A program made the position numbers and the translations under genes. From an uncultured Bacteroidota bacterium (lineage in GTDB: Bacteria; Bacteroidota; Bacteroidia; UKL13-3): a stretch of DNA of 64,000 nt. The stretch lies in contig CAISCU010000006.1 in NCBI GenBank assembly GCA_903883965.1, forward strand, positions 4,103-68,102, read 5' to 3'. The notes beneath the pieces were generated by a model. The model was given only the letters and a program-made list of their open reading frames with translations, had not been told where the DNA came from and did not search any database. Below, piece by piece: positions 20,336-31,391 of this stretch (positions are counted from its first letter, which is position 1; each line of letters begins with the position of its first letter).

Positions 20336-21664
20336 TTAGCGCAACCACTTGCTTGGGTCTTGCAAATTGGTTTGCTTATAGATTTCAAAATGCAGCAAGG
20401 AATGGTTTTCAGATTCGTTTTGCGACAAAGTTCCGATGCTTTCTAAAGCATCTAATTGTTGGCCTTTTTTTACTTTGATATTTTCTAAGCGGGCGTATAC
20501 AGAATAATATTCACCATGGTTTACCAGTACCACATTGTCTAGGCCAGGAATGGTAAAACAGCGAACCACCTCACCTTTAAATACACACTTTACATCGGCG
20601 CCTATTGGCGTGCGTATATCTATTCCATTGTTTTTAACCATTACTCCTTTGAGTTCGGGGTGTTCTCTTGTTCCAAACCTAGAAGCAATAGTACCAGCAT
20701 CAACAGGCCAAGGTAATTTACCTTTGTTGTCTTCAAAGTTTTTACTCAAGGCTAAACCTGAGGTTGATAAATATGAATTTGTAGTGGTTTGTTTTTGAGG
20801 TTCTGGTTTGGTATTTGATTTTTTGGCATTTGCCAAGCGCTTGGCTTCTTCAGCTTTTCGTTTGGCTTCTTCAGCCCTTCGGGCTTCGGCAATTTCTTTT
20901 TGAATGAGTTCTCCAATAGCCTTGTTTAGCAAGTTAGACATGCGTTCTTGGCGAATAATCTGACCCTTGATATTGCTTACCTGTAGCTGTAATTTTTCTA
21001 ATAAATTGGTCTCTTCTTTTTTGTCAATTTCCAGTTCCTTTTTCTCGGTTTCTTTTAATCCCATCAAGTTCATTTTTTGGTTTTTGATGGCAATCATTTC
21101 ATTGATGGCTTCTATGATTGATTTTTGTGTTTTTAAAATCAACTTTGATTGTTCAACCCTATACCTTCCATACTGGTTAAGGTATTTGATTCTTCTAAAA
21201 GCCTGAAAAAAGTTTTTTGAATCAAAAACAAACATGAGCTGGTCGTTGAAATTCCTTTTTTTATAAGCAGCTAAAATGTTTTTGGCATAATCTTCTTTGA
21301 GTTGCACGAGGTCGTTTTCTAGAGTTAAAACAGCTCTTTTTTGGCCCTCTATTTCAATGGACAGTTCAAATGTTTCTTGACCAATATGGTCTATCATTTG
21401 TTCTCTGGTTTTAATTTGAACACCCAGTACATTTAATTGTTTCAGTGAATTGCTTTCTTCTTTTTTGGTTTCGGCCAACCGTTTTTTGTTTTCTTCAATT
21501 TTCAGTTGAAGTTCTTTTCTCTTGGCTTCTAATTCTTTTCTTTTCTGGCTTACTTTCTGACCCAAAACATTGCTGTATAAAAAGCAAAAAGCAATTAAAA
21601 CCAATAGCTGTTTAGTGCCAATGGATCTGAGCGAATGCAAGTGATTGACTAACTTAAAACACAT
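20336..21664 (-). CDS. EnvC-like murein hydrolase activator (coiled coil + M23 domain)
   Basis: Long coiled coil; KGKLPWPV, NNGIDI, LLHFEI degenerate M23. Confidence 0.88.
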   Translation of the reverse strand: MCFKLVNHLHSLRSIGTKQLLVLIAFCFLYSNVLGQKVSQKRKELEAKRKELQLKIEENKKRLAETKKEESNSLKQLNVLGVQIKTREQMIDHIGQETFELSIEIEGQKRAVLTLENDLVQLKEDYAKNILAAYKKRNFNDQLMFVFDSKNFFQAFRRIKYLNQYGRYRVEQSKLILKTQKSIIEAINEMIAIKNQKMNLMGLKETEKKELEIDKKEETNLLEKLQLQVSNIKGQIIRQERMSNLLNKAIGELIQKEIAEARRAEEAKRKAEEAKRLANAKKSNTKPEPQKQTTTNSYLSTSGLALSKNFEDNKGKLPWPVDAGTIASRFGTREHPELKGVMVKNNGIDIRTPIGADVKCVFKGEVVRCFTIPGLDNVVLVNHGEYYSVYARLENIKVKKGQQLDALESIGTLSQNESENHSLLHFEIYKQTNLQDPSKWLR

Positions 21665-22454
21665 TTACTTTATAGTTTTTGGGAACAGACAATTGCCAAT
21701 CTCTTTTTTTATTGAAAGAAAGGTTATTCATAACCATCTCTATGTTGAGCTGTTTGTCACTTTTTAATTGGATAGCTATTTTTTCTGGAAATTGATTTTT
21801 GTTTTCAGTAACAAATTGGCTGTAACCTATATTGAGACTTTGTTTTTGAACACTGTCTTGAATATGGGTTTGAATGACTTTGAATAAATTGTTCAAATTG
21901 ACATGTTGTTTGAACCCAGAAAACTGGTTAAAAACAAGCAAGCCGTTGTTGTTTTTTTGAACTGTGGTCGACTGAATATCTAGTGGATAAAGCACATTCC
22001 CTAATAACAAATTTTCAATTTGTGAATACCCCAATGGAAGGCTTGTAAAATTGCCGAGGTAGTTGTAAGAGGCGCTGGTATAAGTTCTATTGATATAATC
22101 CAAAATGCGCATTGAATCAGTTTGGAAAACAATTCTAGCCACATTGATAAAGCCCATTGCTTTTACATTGATCCAGGTTTCTTTGTTTTTTTCGATTTGT
22201 ATCTCTAAGTCTAGGCCTATAGTTTGTTTTCCATCATCGTATTTTACAGCTGCTTTGCTACAATACCAATTTGTTTGATTGGCATTTGTATTGATTTGTT
22301 TGATTTCTGATTCGTAGTTCTTGGTTTTGACCTCTTGTTTTTGAAGTACAGGAACCAATTTTGGTTCTTGTACTACTTTTTTTGTTTTGCACGAGAAGGC
22401 AATAAAAAAGCAGAAAAAACAAATTGGCATTAACAGCTTTTGATAGGCCTTCAT
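21654..22454 (-). CDS. DUF4292 lipoprotein
   Basis: AFSC lipobox then KTKK; conserved position between the TPR and EnvC-like genes. Confidence 0.75.
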   Translation of the reverse strand: MKAYQKLLMPICFFCFFIAFSCKTKKVVQEPKLVPVLQKQEVKTKNYESEIKQINTNANQTNWYCSKAAVKYDDGKQTIGLDLEIQIEKNKETWINVKAMGFINVARIVFQTDSMRILDYINRTYTSASYNYLGNFTSLPLGYSQIENLLLGNVLYPLDIQSTTVQKNNNGLLVFNQFSGFKQHVNLNNLFKVIQTHIQDSVQKQSLNIGYSQFVTENKNQFPEKIAIQLKSDKQLNIEMVMNNLSFNKKRDWQLSVPKNYKVNVF

Positions 22455-24121
22455 TGCTTTAGTTTCTTTAATAGCTCTACACTGTCAGCACCCAAGTCTT
22501 TAGCTTTTTTCCATGCATTTTTTGCTTCTTGAGTTTTTCCCAACTTAAACAAAACATCTCCTAAATGTTCATTTACTTCCGCATTGTTTGGGGCTTTTTC
22601 TAAAGACTTTTCTATGTAAACTAAAGCTGATTCGTATTCTTTTTTCTGATAAAGAATCCAGCCATATGTATCGGCATACGAGGCGTTCTCCGGATCTAAA
22701 ATCATAGAGCGCTTGCTTAAGCTATCTGCCAAGTCTAAATTTTCTTCTCTCAAAGACAAATAGTAAGCATAGTTATTGAGTGCGTATGCATTAGATGGGT
22801 CAGTTTCTAATGAATAGGTATAAGCCGAATCAGATAAACCATATCTTTTTGCATAGTTTGCCGCATCGCCCATCATGGCATACATTTGTGATCTTAAATT
22901 GCTTTCTTCGGCAAATTCAATACCCATTTGAATAACAGTTATAGCGTCGTTGTATGCTTTTAGTTGTATAGATGCAAATGCACTATGGTAATAGCCCAAC
23001 GCATAAGTTGGAAACAATTCATTGGTTTTTTTGGCATCTTCCAAAATCAATTTGTAATCGGCCATCAATTGGTCGCATTGTAAAATTTGTTCCCATGCAA
23101 TTAATCCTCCATCATTTTGTTCGGAGGCTTTTAGGTAAAATTCGCGCGCTTTATCAGGCTTTCTACTTTCGAGTTGTAAGTCGCCTTTGATTAGATAGGG
23201 CCCAGCATTTTCAGGATTTGTTTGGATCAATACATCTGCAAGAAAATCACAAAAGGTATTTTGTTTTTCTCCAAAAAAGTTACTTGGAATGATACTGGTA
23301 AATGCACTCAACTTAGACTTGATGTTTCCATTCCCTTCTAAGCCTTTTTTTAGGTAATGAAAACAAGAATCTTTTTCATTTTTTAATTTATAATAATCGC
23401 TCAATGCAAAAGCAGCATAGCTATTTTGGGGTTCAACTTTTAAAATTGAATTGTAGATTGATATTGCTTCTTTTTCTTTGCCATTGGAGAGGTATAAATC
23501 GGCCAAAGCACCCCTGTATTGTTGATTTTGTGGAAACTTTGCAATGAGCTTTTCCAACTCACGAATGGCAGCTGGAAGCTTGTTTAACTGCAAATAAATT
23601 TGTTCTTTTTGCTTGGTGATGTCTTCGCTAACGCCAACTTTTTTTTCGAGTTGATTTAAACTTTTAATGGCTTTCTTTGGGGCATTGTTTTGCAATTGAA
23701 TAAAAGAAAGTTCATACAAAAAATCAGGATTCTTGCTCGTTTTGTACCTATCAGCTAGAAACAATTCTGCCGCTGCATAATTTCTATTGTATTTATAAAT
23801 ATCTAATAAATTTTGTGCATACCAATCATTGGTCTTTTCTAGCTGGTATGCTTTTTCTGCATAAATTTCTGCCTCTGTTCCTTTTCTTTCTGCAAACAGC
23901 ACGGTGCTCAATTGAAAATTGGCGTTTGCTTGTGTAGGTATAATATGCAAGGCTTTTTTAAATTCATTAACTGCTTCCTTGGTATTTCCTTGCATCTTTT
24001 CCTTCATGCCATTGAAGAAATGGGTATCGAAATTTTGTCTGGTTTGTTCTGGAATGTCTTGTGCAAAACAGGTTCCATAAACCAGAAAGCAAATTGTTGC
24101 AATGAGTATGCGTGTTTTCAA
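22451..24121 (-). CDS. Periplasmic tetratricopeptide repeat protein
   Basis: Signal peptide; LNNYAYYLS, DTYGWILY, EHLGD TPR motifs. Confidence 0.85.
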   Translation of the reverse strand: MKTRILIATICFLVYGTCFAQDIPEQTRQNFDTHFFNGMKEKMQGNTKEAVNEFKKALHIIPTQANANFQLSTVLFAERKGTEAEIYAEKAYQLEKTNDWYAQNLLDIYKYNRNYAAAELFLADRYKTSKNPDFLYELSFIQLQNNAPKKAIKSLNQLEKKVGVSEDITKQKEQIYLQLNKLPAAIRELEKLIAKFPQNQQYRGALADLYLSNGKEKEAISIYNSILKVEPQNSYAAFALSDYYKLKNEKDSCFHYLKKGLEGNGNIKSKLSAFTSIIPSNFFGEKQNTFCDFLADVLIQTNPENAGPYLIKGDLQLESRKPDKAREFYLKASEQNDGGLIAWEQILQCDQLMADYKLILEDAKKTNELFPTYALGYYHSAFASIQLKAYNDAITVIQMGIEFAEESNLRSQMYAMMGDAANYAKRYGLSDSAYTYSLETDPSNAYALNNYAYYLSLREENLDLADSLSKRSMILDPENASYADTYGWILYQKKEYESALVYIEKSLEKAPNNAEVNEHLGDVLFKLGKTQEAKNAWKKAKDLGADSVELLKKLKQ

Positions 24122-24133
24122 ATTGTGTTGAGT

Positions 24134-25144
24134 TTAACCCTCTGTACTGTAATCGCCTATGCTCAAATCTTTGGCTTGTCCTTTGTATACCACATGACTG
24201 CCAATCATTGCATTTTTAATCACTGCATCTTTAATTTGGGTGTTGATTTGAACGATACTGTCTGAAAGGATAGTGTTTTCTATAATACAACCATCTCCAA
24301 TACTCACATTTGGTCCTATTACTGCATTTTTAAGCTGAACATTGTTTCCAATATAAGATGGCTGAATTACAACAGAATTCAATTGTTGAACGTTTGTTCC
24401 CATCATTTTTTCGCCATCAGCAGACATAAAGCTTAATATTCTAGAATTGGTATACACAGTAGCGTTTTTATTGCCACAGTCTAACCATTCAGTTACCTGC
24501 CCAGGAACAAATTTGGTTCCTTTTTTCTTCATGTTCTCTAGTCCGTTTGTGAGCTGGTATTCTCCTTTTTCACGGACATCGTTGTCGAGTAAATATTGCA
24601 GTTCACTTCTTAAATAAGCACCATCTCTAAAATAATAAATACCAATGATGGCTAAGTCAGAAACAAATGTTTCAGGTTTTTCTACAAAATCGGTAATGGT
24701 ATTGTGTTCATTTACTTTGATTACACCAAAAGGTTTTGGGTCTTCAACTTTTTGTACCCAAATAATTCCTTCTTGGCTTCTGTCTAGGGTAAAATCAGCT
24801 TTGAACAAAGTATCAGCAAAAACAACCAATACATTTCCGTCTAAACTTTCTTTTGCGCACATGATGGCATGAGCTGTGCCAAGTGGTTCGTGTTGGTAAT
24901 ATATTTTACCAGCTGCGCCCACACTGTTGGCTACTGAAATCAATTTTTCTTCAACTTCTTGTCCAAAAGTGGGGCCAATGATGTACGCCACTTCTTCAAT
25001 ATCGTTTCCACATACTTTTGCAAGGTCTTCAATTATTTTTTGAACGATTGGTTTTCCTGCAACAGGTATAAGTGGTTTAGGAACGGTCAAGGTATGTGGC
25101 CTCATTCTTTTTCCCATTCCGGCCATTGGTACAATGATTTTCAT
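24134..25144 (-). CDS. Sugar-phosphate nucleotidyltransferase
   Basis: MAGMGKRMRPHT..PKPL, VEKP, WLDCG, LbH tail. Confidence 0.9.
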   Translation of the reverse strand: MKIIVPMAGMGKRMRPHTLTVPKPLIPVAGKPIVQKIIEDLAKVCGNDIEEVAYIIGPTFGQEVEEKLISVANSVGAAGKIYYQHEPLGTAHAIMCAKESLDGNVLVVFADTLFKADFTLDRSQEGIIWVQKVEDPKPFGVIKVNEHNTITDFVEKPETFVSDLAIIGIYYFRDGAYLRSELQYLLDNDVREKGEYQLTNGLENMKKKGTKFVPGQVTEWLDCGNKNATVYTNSRILSFMSADGEKMMGTNVQQLNSVVIQPSYIGNNVQLKNAVIGPNVSIGDGCIIENTILSDSIVQINTQIKDAVIKNAMIGSHVVYKGQAKDLSIGDYSTEG

Positions 25145-25194
25145 TTTATGCGCAATAATTAGTTTCGAAAATTACAATTTAGTTTTGAATCTTT

Positions 25195-25641
25195 TTAATC
25201 GGAGTTTTTTACTCCCGTGCTCCCGTATCCCCCGTTCCCTCTCTCAGTCAAGTCTAATTCATTTACTGCTTCCCAAGAAATGCTTTCATGTTTGGCTATC
25301 ACCATTTGCGCAATTCGGTCTCCATGTTCTATGGTAAAGTCTTCTTGTCCATGATTGATCAATAATACCTTAATTTCACCCCTGTAATCGGCATCAATGG
25401 TTCCAGGGCTATTTAATACACAAACCCCATTTTTATATGCGATCCCACTTCTAGATCTTATTTGGGCTTCATATCCTACAGGTAATGCAATTGAAATGCC
25501 TGTTTCCACCAATTTTCTTTGGCCTGGTTTCAATAGAATAGGCGTTTTTAAATTGGCCATAAGGTCCATACCTGCTGCATGAACAGTTTGGTATGAAGGC
25601 AATGGATTATTTGTAAGGGATTTAATTTTAATCTGCTGCAT
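25195..25641 (-). CDS. dut: dUTP diphosphatase
   Basis: [33 protein letters not shown]. Confidence 0.97.
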   Translation of the reverse strand: MQQIKIKSLTNNPLPSYQTVHAAGMDLMANLKTPILLKPGQRKLVETGISIALPVGYEAQIRSRSGIAYKNGVCVLNSPGTIDADYRGEIKVLLINHGQEDFTIEHGDRIAQMVIAKHESISWEAVNELDLTERGNGGYGSTGVKNSD

Positions 25642-27100
25642 GCAAACGAGTTTTTGATTTTTCTATGACAACTGCAATCAATATAAATAATACCAAAAGA
25701 CCATTTCCAACCAGATAATAGGTATGGTTTTGAGTGAGACTGCTTTGAAGGTAATAGCCAATGCCATATAGCAATAATGCCAAAATTGAATAGCCAAAGA
25801 AACTGGCCACTTTATAAGGAATTGGGTAATATTTCTGTCCCATGGCATATCCCAATACCATCATGGTTCCATAACAAATTGAGGTTGAAAGGGCTGCGCC
25901 GTAATAACCTAAAATTGGGATTAGCATATAATTGAGAATTACGGTAATGATTGCACCCGCAATAGCTATGTATGCCCCTTTGCTGGTTTGGTCTGTTAGT
26001 TTATACCAAATACTTAAATTGTAATAAATGCCTAAGAAAATATTTGCCCACAACAATATGGGTACAATGATTAGTCCTTCCCTGAATTCAGTTCCCATAA
26101 ACTGCTCAAATAAGCGCATATTCAACATCACCATTAAAAAAATAGACAAACAAACCAGAATAAACACCTGCATTACGTCGGCATATATCTGGGTTTTGCT
26201 GCTGTTTTTTCCATGTTTAAAAAAGAAAGGCTCTGCTGCGTATTTAAAGGCTTGAATAAATAAGGTCATAACAATAGATAACTTGTAATTGGCGCCATAT
26301 ATACCATTCATACGTAATGCTGTTGATTGGTCTGGAATCAATTGAACCAGCATAATTCTGTCGAGGGTTTCATTGATCATTCCAGCAAATCCGATAAACA
26401 TGATTGGAATGGCATATTCTAACATTTCTTGATACAGTGCCCTGTTTCTTTTAAAGCGAATAGCAATGATTTCGGGTATCAATAAAACAAAAGTTAAAAG
26501 GCTGCCACATAAATTAGCAATCAATATAACAGAGGGGTCAATATCATTGCTAATAAATGGCAATAGCCTCTGATTTTCTTGGATCCAATAAGGGCCTATT
26601 AACAAGAAGTAGACATTTAAGAATATGGTCACTGCAATTCCTGCGTTTTTAATCAGTGCAAAACGCAGTGCTTTGTTTTCTTTTCGGAGCAAAGCAAATG
26701 GAACCGCGCAAATGGCATCTAAGGCAATAATAACGGCTACTATTTTAATATAGTAAGCGGTAGCCCCCATGTGTATGAGTTCTGCAATTTGGCTGGCAAA
26801 CAAAAACGTACAGCATCCAAACAACAAACTAAAGAACAATACTGAACGCATAGCTGTAGAATAAATGCTTTGTTCATGATTGTGTTTTTCTGCAAACCTA
26901 AAAAAGGTTGTTTCCATGCCATGGGTGAGCAGTACATTTAAAAAAGTGATATACGCATACAAACCTGTAATTGTACCAAATTGTACCAGATTAAATACCC
27001 TTGTCTGAATGGGAACCAGCAAATAATTTAAAAAGCGCCCAACAATGGTGCTCAAGCCGTAAATGGCTGTTTGACCTGCAAGTTTTTTTATGGTGCTCAA
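25628..27100 (-). CDS. Oligosaccharide/polysaccharide flippase family protein
   Basis: Multi-TM; [25 protein letters not shown]. Confidence 0.85.
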   Translation of the reverse strand: MSTIKKLAGQTAIYGLSTIVGRFLNYLLVPIQTRVFNLVQFGTITGLYAYITFLNVLLTHGMETTFFRFAEKHNHEQSIYSTAMRSVLFFSLLFGCCTFLFASQIAELIHMGATAYYIKIVAVIIALDAICAVPFALLRKENKALRFALIKNAGIAVTIFLNVYFLLIGPYWIQENQRLLPFISNDIDPSVILIANLCGSLLTFVLLIPEIIAIRFKRNRALYQEMLEYAIPIMFIGFAGMINETLDRIMLVQLIPDQSTALRMNGIYGANYKLSIVMTLFIQAFKYAAEPFFFKHGKNSSKTQIYADVMQVFILVCLSIFLMVMLNMRLFEQFMGTEFREGLIIVPILLWANIFLGIYYNLSIWYKLTDQTSKGAYIAIAGAIITVILNYMLIPILGYYGAALSTSICYGTMMVLGYAMGQKYYPIPYKVASFFGYSILALLLYGIGYYLQSSLTQNHTYYLVGNGLLVLFILIAVVIEKSKTRLHAAD

Positions 27101-27185
27101 AGTTTTTTATGCAATAAACAAAAATAATTGAATCCAATTGAATTCTATTTTACACATTTTGCATTTCAGCGCTTAATTTAGCAGG

Positions 27186-29006
27186 ATGTTTCATAAGGGT
27201 ATAACTATTTTCATTGCCATTTTTATTTTCTGTTCTCAATTGCTGCATGGACAACAACAGGATGAACAATTGGCCAATCAATTTGCCCAAAATGGAGAAT
27301 GGGCTAAAGCGGCAGATTTGTACGAAAAATTAGCCAACAAGACACCCAATTCAATGTATTATTACGACAATTTGTTAAAGGCATATCTTGAACTCAAACA
27401 AGAAAGTGCTGCAATAAAATTGGTAAAGAAACAAAATAAAAAATTTCCAAGAGTGGCTGTTTATGCTGTAGACCAAGCTTATATCTCTTTTTATTTTGGC
27501 AATAAAACAAATGCCACAGAGGTATCTTCAATGCTCATCAAACAGTTAAATGCCAATGAGCAATCAGTCAATGATTTATCTATGGCTTTTACCAAAAGAG
27601 GTTTTTTAAGAGAAGCAATTCAAACGTATTTAAGAGGCAGAGAATTGTTGCAAAACGATCAATTGTTTTGTTCAGATTTAGCCGCCTTGTATACTGATTT
27701 GGATAACCGCAAAGCTGCCATAGAAGAGTGGGTTAAACTATTGAGTTTAGACCCAACCAAGATGGAAGAAATACAGGGTTTACTACAGCATTTGCTTCAA
27801 AACAACCAAGACTTTGACAATTGCAAAACAGCCCTACTCAAACAATACAAATTGTTTCCGGACGAAAATTCCTTACAAGACATGCTCATTTGGTTTTATG
27901 TTCAAAGAGCAGATTATGCTTCTGCATTGATCTTTACTAAAAAAATAGATAAAAAGCAGGGTTTAAATGGCAGAAGAACATTGGAATTGGGTTTGTTGGC
28001 ATTTTCTAATAACAAATTTGATGATGCCATAATTATATACAGTGATGTGTGTAGTTTGGGCGCCGCTTCTCCGTTTTATTATTATGCCAAACAAGAATTG
28101 TTGAGTGCCAGAACACAAAAATTGCTATCTGGCAATTACACCCAAGCTGATTTGTTATTGGTAGAAACAGAATACAACAATTTATTAGCCAAAGAAGGCG
28201 ATGATGCCAAAACAAGGTTCAGCTTGGCAAGTTTACAATTCAATTATTTACACAACAACCAAGCGGCCATCCTCAATTTTTCTAAAGCTATTCAGTTAAC
28301 AACCGACCGCACTTTTGCAGCTACTTGCAAATTGGCTTTGGCTGATGTATATACAGTAACTGGGGAGGTATGGGAGTCGGTGTTGTTGTATGGACAAGTA
28401 GATAAGGATTTTATGGAAGAGCCCTTAGGACAGGAAGCCAAATTTAGGTCTGCTAAATTGAGTTATTTTTTGGGTGAATTTGATTGGGCAAAAGCTCAAT
28501 TAGATGTTTTAAAAACAGCCACGACCCAGTTAATTGCAAACAATGCCATGGAATTGTCACTGTTAATTCAAGAAAATACAATAGACAGCAATCAAGATGC
28601 CCTGAAATTATTTGCTAGGGCTGATTTACTGGCTACTCAACAACATTTTCTAGAAGCTCTTGCGCTTCTAGATAGTATTGAACGCGCATTTCCTAAAAAT
28701 GTGTTGTTTGATGATATGTTTTACAAACGTGGTGAAATTGCAGCGGCAATGCGCTTGTATGAACTAGCTGCTCAGCAATTTGAAAAAGTATATACTTTGT
28801 ACGCTACCGATATTTTAGCAGACCAAGCAGTAATTAAAGCTGCGCAATTATTTGACTATAAATTAAACAAACCTCAGAGCGCTATGCCCTTATATGAATT
28901 GTTAATCAAGCAATACCCAGGTAGTGTATACAGCAATGAAGCAAGAAAGCGCTATAGGCTATTGAGGGGCGACCAATTATTTAACCAAAAAGAACCAACA
29001 AAATGA
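27186..29006 (+). CDS. Tetratricopeptide repeat protein
   Basis: Signal peptide, TPR helices, LKTATTQLIANNA, ARKRYRLLRGD. Confidence 0.8.
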   Translation: MFHKGITIFIAIFIFCSQLLHGQQQDEQLANQFAQNGEWAKAADLYEKLANKTPNSMYYYDNLLKAYLELKQESAAIKLVKKQNKKFPRVAVYAVDQAYISFYFGNKTNATEVSSMLIKQLNANEQSVNDLSMAFTKRGFLREAIQTYLRGRELLQNDQLFCSDLAALYTDLDNRKAAIEEWVKLLSLDPTKMEEIQGLLQHLLQNNQDFDNCKTALLKQYKLFPDENSLQDMLIWFYVQRADYASALIFTKKIDKKQGLNGRRTLELGLLAFSNNKFDDAIIIYSDVCSLGAASPFYYYAKQELLSARTQKLLSGNYTQADLLLVETEYNNLLAKEGDDAKTRFSLASLQFNYLHNNQAAILNFSKAIQLTTDRTFAATCKLALADVYTVTGEVWESVLLYGQVDKDFMEEPLGQEAKFRSAKLSYFLGEFDWAKAQLDVLKTATTQLIANNAMELSLLIQENTIDSNQDALKLFARADLLATQQHFLEALALLDSIERAFPKNVLFDDMFYKRGEIAAAMRLYELAAQQFEKVYTLYATDILADQAVIKAAQLFDYKLNKPQSAMPLYELLIKQYPGSVYSNEARKRYRLLRGDQLFNQKEPTK

Positions 29007-29320
29007 TCATTTACAACGTAACCTTAAATGTCGATGACAGCATTCACAGCGAATGGTTGACATGGATGCAGCAAACCCATATTCCTGAAGTATTGGCTAC
29101 AGGAATGTTTCAATCTGCAAAAATACTCAGACTCTTGACCCGTCAGGCTGATGAAACCGGTGAAACATATGCCGTTCAATACCTTGCCAAAAACATGCAA
29201 GATTATTTTAGCTACCAAGAACAGTTTGCGCCAGCATTGCAGCAAAAAACACTCGATAAATATGGGAATAAATTATTGGCATTTCGTACATTAATGGAAG
29301 AAGTTTCACCAATTAAATAA
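29003..29320 (+). CDS. DUF4286 family protein
   Basis: MIIYNVT..WLTWM..HIPEV..TYAVQY..AFRT. Confidence 0.85.
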   Translation: MIIYNVTLNVDDSIHSEWLTWMQQTHIPEVLATGMFQSAKILRLLTRQADETGETYAVQYLAKNMQDYFSYQEQFAPALQQKTLDKYGNKLLAFRTLMEEVSPIK

Positions 29321-29360
29321 AATAAACACCAGTATAAACTACACATTTCTTTAAAAACGC

Positions 29361-29396
29361 AACACAAAAAACCACTAAAACACAAAAAACCACCAA
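29361..29396. repeat. 18-bp tandem direct repeat
   Basis: AACACAAAAAACCACTAA / AACACAAAAAACCACCAA. Confidence 0.7.
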
Positions 29397-29508
29397 ATAA
29401 ATAAGTATAAGTGTATAATAAATAAATTTTATTCTACTCAAACTGAGCACATTAAGGCAAGGCAACCATTTAAATAGTAAAAACCTCCGTTTAAATAGTA
29501 CATTTGAA

Positions 29509-29524
29509 TTGGCAATTCGATTGT
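29509..29524 (+). promoter_or_regulatory. Putative sigma54 (-24/-12) promoter
   Basis: TTGGCA-ATTCGA-TTGT with canonical spacing (GT instead of GC at -12), 23 nt before an ATG. Confidence 0.5.
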
Positions 29525-29547
29525 ACAACCATTTAAATAGAAGTTTT

Positions 29548-29817
29548 ATGAAAACCCTCATTTTAAACAACGCTCACCAAATTCAAAACCAAGAAAATAC
29601 TTTAAAGGAACGCATTGGTTACGAAATTGAAAAAGGTAAAAAGGAATTGGTTGATTTTGCCAAATACTTATATGTAGTTGCAGTATTTGTTTTATTGGTA
29701 GTTGCGGTTTTAGAAATCAAACGCATGTATCAAATAGATTTGTTCCCAGGCATAGATACTCCTTTCGATAATATCTATTTTGCTGGTAAAGAGCAGTTTG
29801 GACAAGGTGTTCTTTAA
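29548..29817 (+). CDS. Small hypothetical membrane protein (89 aa)
   Basis: One hydrophobic segment (YLYVVAVFVLLVVAVL); ATG at 29548. Confidence 0.6.
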   Translation: MKTLILNNAHQIQNQENTLKERIGYEIEKGKKELVDFAKYLYVVAVFVLLVVAVLEIKRMYQIDLFPGIDTPFDNIYFAGKEQFGQGVL

Positions 29818-29843
29818 CTCAAAGTTCTGTTCAATAGGAATTG

Positions 29844-31310
29844 TTAAATTTCTTTTCTAAGCCTAGCAACAGGAATGTTCATTTGTTCTCTGTATTTGGC
29901 AACAGTTCGGCGGGCAATATGATAACCTTTGTCTTTTAGAATTTCCATTAGCTTTTCGTCTGGAAGTGGTTTTGATTTTTCTTCTGCCTCAATGGCATCT
30001 TTCAAAATCTTTTTAACTTCTCTGCTACTCACTTCTTCTCCATCTTCGGTGGCAATGCCTTCACTAAAGAAGAATTTAAGTGGAATTACTCCAAAATCAG
30101 TTTGAATGTATTTAGAGTTTGCTACTCTACTAATGGTTGAAATATCTAAATTGGTTTCTTCAGCTATGTCCTTTAGAATCATAGGCTTGAGTTTGGTTTC
30201 ATCACCTTCTTCGAAATAGCCTAATTGGTAATTTAAAATGGCATTCATAGTCAGTAACAAAGTATTGTGTCTTTGTTTGATACTATCTATGAACCATTTG
30301 GCACTGTCCAATTTTTGTTTGATAAATTGAACGGTTTCTTTTTGCTCACGACTTGGGCTCTTGCTTTCTTCATACCCCTTTAGGGTTTCCATATAAGACC
30401 TGCTGATTCTTAAATCGGGGGCATTTCTGGAATTGAGCTGAATCAAATATTTGCCATCTTGTTCAATCAATACAAAATCAGGTGTGATGTACTGGGTGGC
30501 TGTATTGTCAATTGCTTCTCCAGGTTTTGGATTGAGTTTTGTAATTAAAAGGATGATTTCTTTTAATTCTGCTTCCGTTATTTTGAGTGTTTTGGTTAGT
30601 TTTTCGTAATGCTTTTTGGTAAAATCTTCAAAATGCTGATCAAGAATTTTAATGGCATTGATAACCAATAAATTGTTTTGGTCTTTTCGGTAAAGTTGAA
30701 TTAACAAACATTCTTGTAATGATGTAGCACCAATTCCGGGGGGATCCAGTTTTTGAATTTTATGAAGTACGCGCCTCATCTCCTCCAGATTGGTTTCAAT
30801 GTTGATGGAAAAGGCCAAGTCGTTTACAATGGCTTCTAGTGGTCTTCTTAAATAACCATCATCATCTAAAGTGCCAATTAGTTGTGTACCAATTGCCAGT
30901 TCCTTATCTGATTCTGCAATGCTATTGAACTGGTCTTGGAGTTCTTCGTGAAAAGAATGCGATTCTACAATAGGCCTTTCTTTGCGTTCTTCATCTCCTT
31001 CATCACTCAAATGAAAACCTTCGGGATCGTATTCATCATTGACATATTCTTTTACATCAAATGTTTCATTGGCAATAAAATCTTCTACAGATAAATCTTC
31101 CGAAGAAACTTCTTCAGTATTGGTTTCTGTTTCTTTATCAGCAGGAGCTGCATCTTCGTCTGAGGCCCTCAACAAAGCTGGGTTTTCTATGAGTTCTTGG
31201 TCTATGCGTTGAATAATATCGACACTATTGAGCTGCAACAGCTTGATAAATTGTATCTGCTGTGGCGATAGCTTTTGTAGCTGACTCTGTTGTAATCCTT
31301 GTTTTAGCAT
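29844..31310 (-). CDS. rpoN: RNA polymerase sigma-54 factor
   Basis: Q-rich region I, DPPGIGA, LKPMILKDIA..STISR, ARRTVAKYRE RpoN box. Confidence 0.98.
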   Translation of the reverse strand: MLKQGLQQSQLQKLSPQQIQFIKLLQLNSVDIIQRIDQELIENPALLRASDEDAAPADKETETNTEEVSSEDLSVEDFIANETFDVKEYVNDEYDPEGFHLSDEGDEERKERPIVESHSFHEELQDQFNSIAESDKELAIGTQLIGTLDDDGYLRRPLEAIVNDLAFSINIETNLEEMRRVLHKIQKLDPPGIGATSLQECLLIQLYRKDQNNLLVINAIKILDQHFEDFTKKHYEKLTKTLKITEAELKEIILLITKLNPKPGEAIDNTATQYITPDFVLIEQDGKYLIQLNSRNAPDLRISRSYMETLKGYEESKSPSREQKETVQFIKQKLDSAKWFIDSIKQRHNTLLLTMNAILNYQLGYFEEGDETKLKPMILKDIAEETNLDISTISRVANSKYIQTDFGVIPLKFFFSEGIATEDGEEVSSREVKKILKDAIEAEEKSKPLPDEKLMEILKDKGYHIARRTVAKYREQMNIPVARLRKEI

Positions 31311-31391
31311 CGATGGTGTTCAAACAAAAATAAGGATTTATAGGCTCAACAGATACAACCGCGTTTAAAAATAGTCAGGTTTTAATAAAAA

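Noticed and set aside
29313-29570. 85-aa hydrophobic minus-strand ORF
   Set aside because: Arises from low-complexity A/C-rich intergenic DNA and overlaps the putative promoter and start of the plus-strand gene
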